From Haliotis rubra (lineage: Eukaryota), in the NCBI RefSeq assembly GCF_003918875.1, contig NW_025766015.1, positions 248,001-312,000 of the forward strand: a DNA stretch of 64,000 bases. Direction: 5' to 3'. The notes under the pieces were generated by a model. It worked only from the letters and a program-made list of their open reading frames with translations. It had not been told where the DNA came from and did not search any database. Made by a program: the position numbers and the translations under genes. The stretch's first letter is position 1, and every line of letters begins with the position of its first letter. This document shows positions 13,861-26,155 of the stretch, one piece after another.

Positions 13861-14635
13861 CAGTAGAACAGGATATGCTTTCCTTCTCAGAAACACCTGG
13901 TGTCATCGCCGATCTTTATGGAGCAGTTTTCATCACGGCTAAAATAGGGACCACGGCAGATTAAGACTGGGGATGAAATAATATTGGTTAAGGTATTTTA
14001 GTTTCAAAGGAACAAACCCAATATCCCTTCGACATTCGCATGCACCGTTCTCCCCCTGCCTCCCGCAGCATCCTCACCCCCCTCCCAACCTCTCATTACT
14101 TTCATCTCCCCTCACAGCGTTCTGCCATGCAACATCCACGTGTCCCCCAGTATTCCGATTAACCTTGCACCTTTCCCCGACTCGTTCAATGGCCAGTCAA
14201 CTTATATTTTCATTGAAAAGACCATCAGATAGCCCTAGCTCAACGCTGACACAAATGAACAAATTGATTTGGCCACGGTGGCTGGCTATCGGAGCTTTTA
14301 TCGTGAGTTGTCCGAGAGATTCTGTCTTAAACCAGCAGGGTCTGTACTTGGACTATGCTCAGTCCGACAGACTCGACAGCTTTAGTGCGGGGGTTTATAT
14401 AACGTGTCACTTTCAACTAGGCATTTGATTGCTAGCCAAACAACTAGTGATATTTATTCCTGGTCGCTGTCAATTGCTACAGGAAGGAAAAGATTTTTGA
14501 TCAATAGAAGTTGAGCCAATATTGTTATTTCATATTGCAATGCAGAAGAGTTGCTTGTCGTTGGTGGGTCGAGTCAGATGGTTTGGCTTTCTGTCCTGAT
14601 ATTTGATATGGTATTTAATCTTATAGATTATAAGT

Positions 14636-15311
14636 TTCTTTCTTTCTCACTCCCCTCTCTCTCTCACTGTATCGCTCTCGCTCTTTCATTCGCTGTATCA
14701 ATCTCAATGTCTCTCTCTCTTATCTATCTCCGTTCTCTTACCATCCCTCTCTCTAGCATTTTGCTCTCTACTTGATCTTCTCTCTCCCCTTCTCTCTCTT
14801 CCTTCTGCATCTGCTCTCTCTCCGCCTCTCTCCTTTCTTTCTCTCTCTCTTTTTCTCTCTTCTTCTGCCTCCACATCTCTTACTTTCTCTCTCTCTCTTT
14901 CTTTCACTCTTCCTTCTACCTCTGTATATATCTCTCTGTCACCCCTTCTGCCTCTGCATNNNNNNNNNNNNNNNNNNNNNNNNNNNNNNNNNNNNNNNNN
15001 NNNNNNNNNNNNNNNNNNNNNNNNNNNNNNNNNNNNNNNNNNNNNNNNNNNNNNNNNNNNNNNNNNNNNNNNNNNNNNNNNNNNNNNNNNNNNNNNNNNN
15101 NNNNNNNNNNNTCTTACCATCCCTCTCTAGCATTTTGCTCTCTGCTTGATCTTCTCTCTCCCCTTATCTCTCTTCCTTCTGCATCTGCTCTCTCCGCCTC
15201 TCCTTTCTTTCTCTCTCTCTTTTTCTCTCTTCTTCTGCCTCCACATCTCTCACTTTCTCTCTCTCTCTCTTTCCTCTTCCTTCTACCTCTGTATATATCT
15301 CTCTGTCACCC
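14636..15311. repeat. CT-rich composite repeat, gap-interrupted; paralogous to 39224-39583
   Basis: Shared unique core cactgtatcgctctcgctctttcattcgctgtatcaatctcaatgtc. Confidence 0.9.
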
Positions 15312-15900
15312 NNNNNNNNNNNNNNNNNNNNNNNNNNNNNNNNNNNNNNNNNNNNNNNNNNNNNNNNNNNNNNNNNNNNNNNNNNNNNNNNNNNNNNNNN
15401 NNNNNNNNNNNNNNNNNNNNNNNNNNNNNNNNNNNNNNNNNNNNNNNNNNNNNNNNNNNNNNNNNNNNNNNNACATTCCCACATCCATCTGCCTGTACAT
15501 CTCTCTATATATGCCTCTGTCTGGTATCTCTGCCCCTGCAACTGACTCTCGCTCCCTCTGCAAACCTCTCTCTTTCTCTCTCTGCATTTCTGCCCTTGCC
15601 TTTCTCACAGTTGATATATGGCCTTCTTCCACGTACTCGCCTCACTCATCAAATCCTCGTATATTGCACTACAACCTCCTCCCAGACTGCCACAGCCGTG
15701 ACATGCGTTATCTACAATAGTCGATATACCATCTGTATCTGTCAGCTAGCGTTACGTCTACACCGATCCTTCAGTAACGTTACATGCTCCATCGCCGTGC
15801 CGTACCCTTCATCCTGTAGCTAAACTGTTGCCACCTGTCCAGTGTACGGAACAGCCGCGCACAAAACCATGTTCCTTAGGAACGCATGCTTATCATGTCC

Positions 15901-16114
15901 GACTCGGGAAGATCCGGGTTAGAATTGATCTTAAGTAACCCATGCTTGTCATAAGAGGCGACTAACGGGATCGGGTGGTCCGGATCGCTGACTTGGTTGA
16001 CACATGTCATCGTATCCCAATTGCGTAGATCGATTCTCATGCTGTTGATCACTGGATTGTCTGGTCCAGACTCGATTATTTACAGACCGCTTAACTCACT
16101 CACTCACTCACTCA
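15901..16114 (+). mobile_element. Retroposon family B with 10-bp TSD
   Basis: TSD tatcatgtcc at 15891-15900 and 16115-16124. Confidence 0.93.
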
Positions 16115-17044
16115 TATCATGTCCATTAGTAGCCTTGTTAGTGCTCTGAGATATCGTTAAACATATTCAGTCGAGATTTGTGAAATTAGTGAAACATTAG
16201 TTACACATTAGTGAAACATTTTTAATGTGTATTTCAACACGACTCAAAATATAGTAGCAATTAGACAGCCGCCTGAAAATTGTCGTATCTGGGCCGGACA
16301 ATCCAGTGATTGATATAATGAGAAACATCTGATCGCCCGATCTATTACGTTACCTCTTGTGACAGTCATTGCTTGCTTGGTACATGTTCTAACCCGGCCT
16401 CCAGTCCATTAACTAAAAGAGGTCTAATAATTACACCCCAAGATTGCATGTTGAATTTGTTTGACGTTTTACGCCACAGTCTGCAATCGATTCTTGGCCG
16501 CACAAATCGGCGATTGATATTATGCGTGACATCTTTCGCTGATGCTGAACGATGGTATGCTATTGCCACGTCTGGTCTTTCGACGAGATTTGAAATAAGT
16601 CTAAAGAGTGTTTAGTAAGAGTTTCAGTAAGGCTGGGTAACAACAAGTGCCATCCTTAAATGAACGTCTCTAGATGACGCGGATCGAGCAAATGACCTTC
16701 CCCGCTCTTGGCAGGCGCTCTATACACTTGACCAAGATGTTGGTTAGGTTTGTTGTTTAACGCCGCACTCAGCAATATTCCAGCTATATAGCGGCGGGCT
16801 GTAAATAATCGAGTCTCGACCAGACAATCCAGTGATCAAAACTTTGCAAATAAGTGGAAAAGATCTTAAGTCAACTGTTGTCCAAATATTCCTAATGGGA
16901 CTTGTTCCTGTCTGACATCAAACATAGGTGGGTGCTCATCAATAATGAAGCCCAGAATATAATTATATTAAAAATACTATACGTTAGGTAACTACTGTTT
17001 TGTCCTGCTTCTTATTTATGTGACAAAGCTGAGAGTGTGCTTAC

Positions 17045-17159
17045 CGTTATCAATGCATGAAGTGTAACCTTCGAATCCAGTGTCATTGGAGGACGAGCCA
17101 CAATCTGAGTACACGGTGATCTGAATGCCCTTCCGTTTCCCATCATTGGACACCCCGAC
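17045..17159 (-). CDS. Candidate exon: VGVSNDGKRKGIQITVYSDCGSSSNDTGFEGYTSCIDN
   Basis: Acceptor atctctgtcAG, donor G|GTaagc; 115 bp, phase 0-1; in frame with 21199-21308. Confidence 0.6.
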
Positions 17160-17184
17160 CTGACAGAGATACATAGTCAGAACA

Positions 17185-17432
17185 GTTGGTTGGTTGGTTT
17201 GTTGTTTAACGGCGCACTCAGCAATATTCCAGCTATAATGCAGCTGTCTGTAAATAATCGAGTGTGGACCAGACAATCCAGTGATTAACAGGATGGACAT
17301 GGATCTACGCATTTGGGATATGATGATATGTGTCAACCAAGTCAGCGAACTTGACCACCCGATCCCGTTAGTCGCCTCTTACTACAAGCATAGGTTACTG
17401 AAGACCAGTTCTAACCCTGATCTTCACGGGTC
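17185..17432 (-). mobile_element. Retroposon family B, full length, (AACC)n tail
   Basis: Consensus match; lies 25 bp from the acceptor of exon 17045-17159. Confidence 0.93.
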
Positions 17433-17798
17433 GACTACACCAAAACAAGGACAAAATAATACAAGTAGGGTGTTGTAGAGCTGAGAATCTCCACGGGGTT
17501 TATCCTGCGTGAACCATAATGTCGGATGAATATCAAAGGAATATTCAAGTCAGTGTAAGGACAAAGCGAGTCCCAGCCATTCCACAGACGGGACACCAGG
17601 TATAGACTTCACATATTATATCTATGTAGGAGATTCGAACACCACGCCTTAATATCTAGGCTCACCCATCGCCACCACCATTTCAGAGACTAGCTCTATG
17701 TTAAATGTATTAGTTCCATTGGTGACAGTTGAAGGGGTATTAGGTTGAAATTGTTCTTCGTTCCCTCTCGGGTGGATTGATACCTCACACATAGAAGG

Positions 17799-18059
17799 GA
17801 CCCGTGAAGATCCGGGGTAGAATAGGTCTTCAGCAACCCTTGTCATAAAAGGCGACTATGCTTGTCCTAAAAGGCGACTAACGGGATAGGGTGGTCAGGC
17901 TCGCTGACTTGGTTGACACATGTCATCGGTTCCCAATTGGGTAGATCGATGCCCATGCTGTTGATCACTGGATTGTCTGGTCCAGACTCGATTATTTACA
18001 GACCGCCGCCATATAGCTGGAATATTGCTGAGTGCGGCGTAAAAATAAACTCACTCACT
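17799..18059 (+). mobile_element. Retroposon family B (duplicated-hairpin variant) with 13-bp TSD
   Basis: TSD cacacat(a/g)gaagg at 17786-17798 and 18060-18072. Confidence 0.95.
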
Positions 18060-18090
18060 CACACATGGAAGGCTGTAACTTCATGGTAAG

Positions 18091-18821
18091 TCCCAGCTGA
18101 CGATTACAAGTTGCCATAACGTTCTGTGGACTCCCATTTACGTTGTAACAACGTTGTGGCCTGACGTTGTGCTGCGTCATTTTAACGTCGCCAAAAGGTT
18201 AAAGTTATTTGATGCTAACGTATTTTACGTTGTCTTTAACGTTCTATTTAACGTTAATAGTTGAATAGTTTTCCCAGTAGTGAACAGTAAATAAGTAACA
18301 AAGCAGAAATTTACTTCAATGTTCATTCGTCAATTTGCATGTTGTTTCGGTCGGATGTTTTCCGAAGCTGAAGCTGAATAGTGAAGAAAGAATCTCAAAG
18401 TGAAACGTGTTACAGGGAAACTCTGTCGTGACACCAAGTTATAAGAAACGTCGTTATAACGTTGTGAGGAGCCCAAAGCATAACGTTTCCTCAACGTAAA
18501 TTTGCAACGTTGTTATGACGTTGTGACAAAACGTTTTTAAATGACGTAATACTAACGTTGTGACAACGTTGTGTCATGACGTTACCAATCTACAGCCTTC
18601 CCACAACGTTGTGTCATGACGTTACCAATCTACAGCCTTCCCACAACGTTGTGTCATGACGTTACCAATCTACAGCCTTCCCACAACGTTGTGTCATGAC
18701 GTTACCAATCTACAGCCTTCCCACAACGTTGTGTCATAACGTTACCATCTACAGCCTTCCAACAACGTGGTGTCATGACGTTACCAATCTACAGCCGTCC
18801 CACAACGCTCCGTGTTGGTAC
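18091..18821. mobile_element. AACGTT-rich non-autonomous element with internal minisatellite
   Basis: Dense aacgtt/gacgtt motifs; begins cccagctgac; gtaagtccca direct repeat at 18086-18095 and 18822-18831. Confidence 0.5.
18563..18808. repeat. 40-bp minisatellite (ccacaacgttgtgtcatgacgttaccaatctacagccttc) x ~6
   Basis: Near-perfect tandem copies. Confidence 0.95.
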
Positions 18822-20588
18822 GTAAGTCCCATTTCATTCAAAGCATTTTTCACATTCCGTAACTTTTATCGAAGAATATAGGCTCTTTTAATGTTTGGAT
18901 ATTTTTTTCAATAACCGCCAACACCCGAATGGTGTAAATCCAGCCGGGGTCAGGGGAAATAGCAAAAGTACTTATCGACCTCAGTTGTCACTAGTATGCT
19001 GGAGCACGTAATAGATTAATTGAAGTATGATATCATATAATCTATTCAGGGATTGTTCCATCAAGGATGCAGAGGAGTAGCCCAGTAGTTGAAGCGTTAG
19101 CTCCTCACGACGAAACCCCGGGTTCGATTGCACTTACGCGTACAATGACAGAAGCCTATTTCCGGGTCTCACGCCATGGTATTACTGGATCATTGCTTAC
19201 AGGAGCGTATTACCATCCTGTATAATTGTAAAAAGCTGCTAAAACATCTTCTTTCGCGAGCTCCGAGATGCAACCTTTATGAGCATCGTGGTCTTTGCAA
19301 TGCTATCATTTCATCACAAAACAAGAAGAACTGAGCCAATAAAATATTTTATAACACATCATCCATTAAATCAATTACACATATTTGAGATGAGTTTCAA
19401 ATGCAGAATAAACATCTCGACATTGTCAAAGTACAAAGCTAATGCACTGCATTTGCTAAGATCATAATACTCTGTTCCTTACGCCTGTTCAATTACTTTA
19501 ATTTGATATTTGAGAAAACAGGGGCACATTCAGCAAGCATGGTTTAGAACGCCATGACGTCCGAAGTAATTCTGTCAAACGCTCAATAACAATTAATCTT
19601 TCAGAACTCTGATTTCAATGATCTTGAGAAATTTCGGTCGGGTCGATTGTAAAACTAAACCTTCGTGAAGAACTATTTAAGTCTCAAAGTGTGTTATGCC
19701 TCTGTCTAGCCTTCACCAATCACCCATCACTAAAAGCATAGCGTAAAGGTATTTCCGTAAGTTTTCTCGTTGCTATGACAACGTTCGCATCCTAGCATGT
19801 ACATGTAAATTAATCCATGCTGTTTAAGTGCCCAATCCTCTAACTGCTACTACAACGACGTGTATATACGTTCTATTATATCCTTTTTGTGTTATTACTG
19901 CTATTGGGCGAATATGGACGACCTCTCGAGTGCTGGAACGATATGCCCTGGATCCCAATTCTGTGATCAGTGATAAGAGTAATCCATAAAATACGAAGTG
20001 TCAGTTGAACATCTGATTTTTTAAATTTTATTTTATATTTTTTGCTTTCAAGGTTCTCCATGATCTGAAATAGTTGCTGGATTTACATCGTTGTTGTTAG
20101 AGAAAGCTCAGTTAAGTGAAAACATTTTCAAGATTTAAGAACGATGAATATTGTTAGATTTTGTAAGATAGAAACCAATTTAAAATGTGAATTGTTTAAA
20201 GGGACTGGTACACGCCACATTCACCAATATGTCAACTATGTGACGGTGTCTGTAAGTAATCGTGACGTGAAAATAAAACCAGTGATCAACATTACAAGCA
20301 TCGATCTACGCAATTGGGAACGAAGACATGCGTCAAAGAAGCCTGAATCTCTAACGGGTCACACGACGAGTGTTGATTGTTGAAAACCAGTTTCGGATAA
20401 TATCTTATGATTATGACAAAACTCAGGCAAAATGGTAGTCGCGGGAAAGGCAAAAATTGTATACACTTAAAAACTGTTTTTATAGAAAACAACTACAAAC
20501 GTGACTAGGCTGATGACAATCGCCGGTTGTGAGGTATTAATTGATATGTTGCATGTAATATTGTTTATGATACCCTTTATAACCATTT

Positions 20589-20752
20589 GGGCGGTGGGGT
20601 AGCCTAGTGGTTAAAGCGTTCGCTCGTCACGCCGAAGACCAGTGTTCGATTCCATCCCTGGGTACAATGTGTGAAGCCGATTTCTGGTGCCCCCGCCGTA
20701 AAATTGCTGGAACACTGCTAAAACGGCGTAAAACCAAACTCACTCACTCACT
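20589..20752 (+). mobile_element. SINE family A, full length
   Basis: gggcggtggggtagcctagtggttaaagcgttcgctcgtcacgccgaagac...(actc)n. Confidence 0.93.
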
Positions 20753-20809
20753 TAATAACCCTTTCTTTTGGTTTCATTATGGACACAAACACGGGTATGT
20801 ACTTTCTTC

Positions 20810-21050
20810 TCACTTCAGATCTTCAAAGGAGTTGATGATGATCACTGTAAACAAGCGACAAAACAAGTTTCATCATCATAAGGACATTTGACACATCAGT
20901 GACATAATGTATGTCCAATGCAGATCCCTTTTTTGATATCTCCCTTACGTTACCTTGTTTGTTCATGTGAACAGTTGATTTGCCTTGGCGTGTGTTTGTG
21001 ACTGGTGGAACAAGATTGGCTCACCCTTTGGGTCACCCTTTATTATCACT
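20810..21050 (+). mobile_element. Penelope-like 3' fragment (very decayed)
   Basis: acatcagtgacataatg and ggtggaacaagattggctcaccc match the other copies. Confidence 0.45.
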
Positions 21051-21198
21051 ATTTGATGATGATTCATTAACATATTCTTATCTGATCACGACTTTGATCA
21101 GAGATTTCCTATTATACATCTTTGCTGATTGGAAAGTACTATGGTTTTCATTGTTTGCGAAGCCATGGGAAGTCATATTGAACAATGGAAGAGACTAC

Positions 21199-21308
21199 CT
21201 GGATTGTTCCTGACGTCATACACGGTCCAATAACGTCATTCCCATTCCAATAATAGACAAACTGAAGTATCCGATTGAGATCAGAAAAAAACACATTATT
21301 TCCGTTTT
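21199..21308 (-). CDS. Candidate exon: (E)NGNNVFFSDLNRILQFVYYWNGNDVIGPCMTSGTIQ
   Basis: Acceptor gcttttttcAG, donor CAG|GTagtc; 110 bp, phase 1-0. Confidence 0.6.
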
Positions 21309-21497
21309 CTGAAAAAAGCATTAATCTATAAGATATATTCGCAACTTGGACTTGCAAATTATCTGACCCTCGAGAATCTATGGAGTGTTTCTCCATACAC
21401 ACCTCTCCAGACCATCATCCCCATCCAACTCCAGATTGATGTACATGTAAGTGTTTATAATGTATACATTGAAATAGATATAGGTTAAAACACTTAC

Positions 21498-21533
21498 CTG
21501 CTTCTGAACTTAACGGAACACCTTCGATGTAAT
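21498..21533 (-). CDS. Candidate 36-bp micro-exon: (D)YIEGVPLSSEA
   Basis: Acceptor tttcttttgccaagcAG, consensus donor CAG|GTAAGT; phase 1-1; 189-bp intron to the next exon. Confidence 0.6.
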
Positions 21534-22324
21534 CTGCTTGGCAAAAGAAATTGTCCATCAATGTTACATGATGGCTAAAAAGAACACAAATCAGAAATGG
21601 TTTTGATGGTTTTGTTTGATAGGACTTTTTGTTTGGGACTTTGGTCAGTGTTTCGGCAACAGTTTTCTGCCTTGTACTGTTTTGACAAAGTATGTAATTT
21701 TATGGTCAAATTCAAGTTTGAAGTGTATAATTTCTTTCGCCAAACATTTGTTTTCAAAGTGACGCTTTGATATTAATGCTTATTAAATATACGATGAAAT
21801 AAAACGTGTTTAACATATGCAAGCATACTTCTTTAATGTTCAGTTACATAAAACCAGCACTATCATCCACTCATGTTCCGCTGACATCAGATACACATTG
21901 TACTGTCGTACTGATGTTCATGTCAAGAACAATCAAATCATGTTTTAAGTAAAACAATATCGATTATTTGCGACGGCATAGTGCACGTAAAAATGAATCC
22001 GTAGCGTGATCGTACCCATTTTACGCCAATCCTAACGGATCCGTATTAGGACGTTAATGTCAGTGAACACAGGTCACTGCACTGACTCCTGTAATTCCTT
22101 CCAAACCCATTTCTAGATTTAATGACTTAAATAAAGCCTCTATTTTTCTCAAAAGTAATTGTGCTTAAACTACATGCCAATCACCATGATCATTAATCTA
22201 AAATATATTTATTTGACAAAAATGAAAATAATTTGTCAAAAATGTATCATTTACTTAATCTTACATGATATTTCATTATTAGGTTTGTTTTAATGTTGGT
22301 TTGGGGTGGCTGTTGTTGTTCTTG

Positions 22325-22739
22325 TAGTAGTTGCAACGAGAATATTCATATTCAAAATAGATATTGCAGAGAATATTCATATTGCGATATATTGCGATGC
22401 GAAAGCATGTATTGCGATATGCATTGCAATATATTGCATGAAGTATTTTTAAACAAAAAACTACTTATAATCGAGTTACTGCTTGATTTATAGAGCAAAA
22501 ACACAACAAAATCACTATGCTTGATTAAGCTTTAATAACAAATTTTAATCATGATAAAATAAAAATGTGAATAATATTTGGCACAAATGAAACAAGGAAA
22601 TATCCGAAGATTTCCGAGTGTTACGACGTTTTCCGAATGCATGTCAAAATACCGGTTTTCGATCAGCGTATCGCAATACGTATCGTTTTCATGTCTGAAC
22701 CGGTAAATACCGGTAAACCGGTTATATTGCGCAGCCCTA
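22325..22739. mobile_element. hAT-like non-autonomous element (MITE)
   Basis: Right end atattgcgcagcccta (TAGGGCTG-type terminus); reiterated atattgcgat/accggt subterminal motifs; left end degenerate. Confidence 0.5.
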
Positions 22740-22833
22740 CAAACTAGTCGACTCTGACTCAGAATATCTAGTGATTGACATCATGGGCATCGATCCGCAT
22801 CGTCAGGGAACCATGACCAACAAACAGGCCACT

Positions 22834-22958
22834 GTGAGTGAGTTGAGTTTTACACCGCACTCAGCAACATTCCAGCTATATGGCGGCGGTCTGTAAATAA
22901 TCGAGTCTGGACCAGATAATCCAGTGATCAACAGCATGAGAATCGATCTGCGCAATTG
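22834..22958 (-). mobile_element. 5'-truncated family B copy (other partial or decayed copies near 738-868, 16230-16400, 16740-16840, 20215-20345, 34081-34136, 36955-37150, 43810-44005, 48240-48390)
   Basis: gcggtctgtaaataatcgagtctggaccaga...ccagtgatcaacagcatgag. Confidence 0.85.
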
Positions 22959-25730
22959 CATTAAAGCAATGGAACTGGTATATATTGCTGGGTATCAATT
23001 CTGAGCCGGATTCAAGAAGCAGCCATTTCACTTTAATAATATATGGCATCGAGTATGATCAGCTTTAAGGTATACTGTCAAGCATCGAGAACGTGGGTGA
23101 ACATTTTGCTATATGAATATGATTGCGAACACCTTTTCGCGAACACCTGCAGCTGGTATCATCACCATTTGATAGTGATTCATAGTACATGCTCATGATC
23201 TAGTCGGATTCAACATCCATAAGATTTCTTATGGATGTAAAAAAGGGTTTTGTCACTTACAATTATCGTCTTCGTCACGCCGAAGACCAGGGTTCGATTC
23301 CCCACATAGGTAGAATGTGTGAAGTCAATGAAGCCAAAAACTAAACTAATTCATTCACTCATTTAAGTTTTGTTACCTTGCCATATTATATCATATGAAC
23401 GCGTTCAGTCTTTTTGACAAATATAACGTTTAAATACAATGTAACTTTCTAACTAACTAATAAACTAACTAACTAAGTAAAACTATAAAGCATTACGAGG
23501 AACTGAATATAGGTTTATAACAATATCTTATACATTTGGGTCAAATCAACCAAATATGGCCATGACCTTTGACACAACAACACGTGTTTCCTTGGGGCAC
23601 ACGGTCAATCTTCTAGGGACGTAATTTCATTTTCTTGGTAATGTTTTGCGAATTCAGCTGGTCTTTTCAGCGATTAAACATACAGGATGAAACACTCAGT
23701 AATATACATTTCCCAGTGTTCGTTCCTTCTTCCTCCCCCAATAATCAGACCATGGGGAATAGTACACGAGAATCACCAAGCCCATTCTCATACAACGTCT
23801 CAGATGTTCGAGTGGCCAAGTGCTCTTTGTGAAGAGCTTCTTTATGCATGCGAGTGTTTTCCTATTGCTCGGAGGTGAAGTATCATTGGGCTTTCAGGTC
23901 TATATTATCCCTTAATTGATTTTTTTCTCCGGCGAAATACTGCGAAATGACGAAGTGTCATGAAAAGGCTGAAATAGATCTTTGGTATAAAATTAGGACA
24001 GTATAGATCAATTTGATACATTGGCATCTACCACCCACAGCGTAGTACACTCCCATAGAACACGACTAATGAGTCTATTCTATGCAACAAAACTAATACC
24101 GGTTGAAATGTCAAAGCCCTCCTATCTTCACAGTACTCTTTCATTCTGCTTCAAGAACTCTTTATTAATGGTAATCGTCCGAAATATCTAATGCCATTGT
24201 GAATGAATTGATTTATTAGCAAAAGAACACTCCTTGGTTTTTTGCCCTGGGATGGTCTAACAGGATCTTTGTCTGTGACTAACAATGGTTCTTACAGACT
24301 AAAGCGCCTAACTCCATCCCGGATAATGGTTGTACAATATTATCGTCCATATCTGGTAGCCTCTATCAGTTCACCATCATGTCTGTGTAGAGACGGCTCA
24401 TGATGTACACATTTCTTTGATATTCAGTACGCCGTTACAATATAACGGTATTCTCCAGAACGCTATCGTCCACCATCGAGTCTCTGCGAGTAACGGGATC
24501 TGTGTATAGTCGATGAACGCCCGGGGGCATACCTACAGCCACTTCGTGGACAAACACTCAGACTTGCCCGTTCTCCAGACACGAGGGAGGTGTGGAAGTG
24601 ATGGATATTGAACAGTATTGATCCCTCACCTGTTACAGTAACTTCAGGTTTACACTCTGGGACTTAATTCCTGAAATAATTGTGGACTATCTAAATCATT
24701 TTCGCAAGGGATTTGTAATTTTGATTCGCATTGCACAGCGATATCATGACATTTCTCCGTTTTATTTGCCCGCTCTTCAGATCGTGAAGATAAAGAACCA
24801 AAATGAAATTGACCACGAGTCCAACAAACCAAAAAGTTCGTTATTTCGCCATTCTATGATTACAGGTTATCAATACGCTTCATCACTTATGTGAACTTGC
24901 ATGCACATCGCGGTAATCAGCTGTGACAAAACGGGAGATAAATGGCCATATTTGATCGCCATTTAACCACTTCCGCCGTCAAATGGCGTTTAATCTTGGA
25001 AAACCCAGAGGAACGATAGCAACGTCCTACATGAGTTGACGTGTCGGAACATGTTCCGTCACACCTCATTGCGTCCATAAACCACGCTCATTTAAGGACC
25101 ATTGCGTAATTGGTATCTAACCATGGACCGATGCTGTCTGACATAATGTTGCTTAATACGGACAGGTTCGAGAAGCCTTTAATGGATGTTCCAAGTGTAG
25201 GAGACAGGCATAGGCGTTGCCAGGAAATTTGATGGAGTTGATGCTACGATTATCGCTTATCACGTCATCTAGAACACTTGTCTTTTGAATGCACTCAGGC
25301 AGACTATCGTTATATGAATGGTTAACGTTTCAATTCGCAAGCTAACGCTCGATTATGTCATTATCATTCTCTCAGTTGTTCAGTGTCATTATTTTTGGAA
25401 CGGTAAATAAGCACTGCGCGTCCAAACACTCGGATAAAGATACCGTTAGTGTTATTAGAACTAATTTTATCAATATTACTAATCTGATAATATCGAGCAT
25501 ATACATATTTCTTGTATTATTTTTTCCTATTTCATTACACTCAGACCACTTACCAAAGGAATTTGTGAGGGATTGCTAGATCGGTTTGGGCCCATGTAAC
25601 CTCGGATTTGTAGGCTCAACTAAAATAAATTGGTGGTGAAGCTCCGCGACTTGGTTAAGGTGCTCATGCTTTCGGCTACTGGTTCGTCATGTCCACACTC
25701 GCGTAGTTACAGTAAATACGTCGTTCACGT

Positions 25731-26155
25731 AATAATAATAATAATAATAATTAATTTGTATAGCGCCTATTTTCCAACTTTGAGCTGCTCAATGGCGCTG
25801 AACAGGGTAGATAATTTACATATCATATGCTTGATTAAACAGGAAAGTTTTTAGACAGTTCTGGAAGGATTTGTGAGAGCTTGCTGTTTTGAGTTCAAAT
25901 GGTAGAATGTTCCACAAGGTAGGGGCAACTTTGGAGAAGGCACGATCAGCAAGTTTAGTGGATGTTGAGGGAACCGAGAGATTGTACATATTCTGAGATC
26001 GGAGATATCGTCCTGGTGTATACATCTGGATCAGGTCCTTTAGGTAGAGAGGGGAGTTATCATTGTGCAGAGCAGCGTAGGTCAGTGATAAGACTTTGTA
26101 CACCCCCCTAGGCCGATCTGGGAGCCAATGTAATTTTTTTAGAACAGGCATGATT
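25731..26155 (-). mobile_element. 5'-truncated L2-clade LINE (RT C-terminus, 3' UTR and (TAT)n tail)
   Basis: PVLKKLHWLP...YKVLSLTY...RAFSKVAPTLWNILP...FQNCLKTFLF motif; tail cagcgccattgagc...ggcgctatacaaat(tat)n. Confidence 0.9.

Noticed and set aside
11924-13964. Long His/Thr/Pro-rich ORFs (150-230 aa)
   Set aside because: Translations of the 34-bp minisatellite in all three frames; no splice or domain support.
15112-15311. Genuine local tandem duplication of 14737-14944
   Set aside because: Flanked by gaps on both sides; cannot be distinguished from redundant assembly or an allelic contig.
24630-24670. Upstream coding exon of the minus-strand gene (ttatttcAG ... CAG|GTGAGG)
   Set aside because: Good splice sites but stops in all three frames; it would be coding only with a weak internal acceptor, so it may be UTR or chance.
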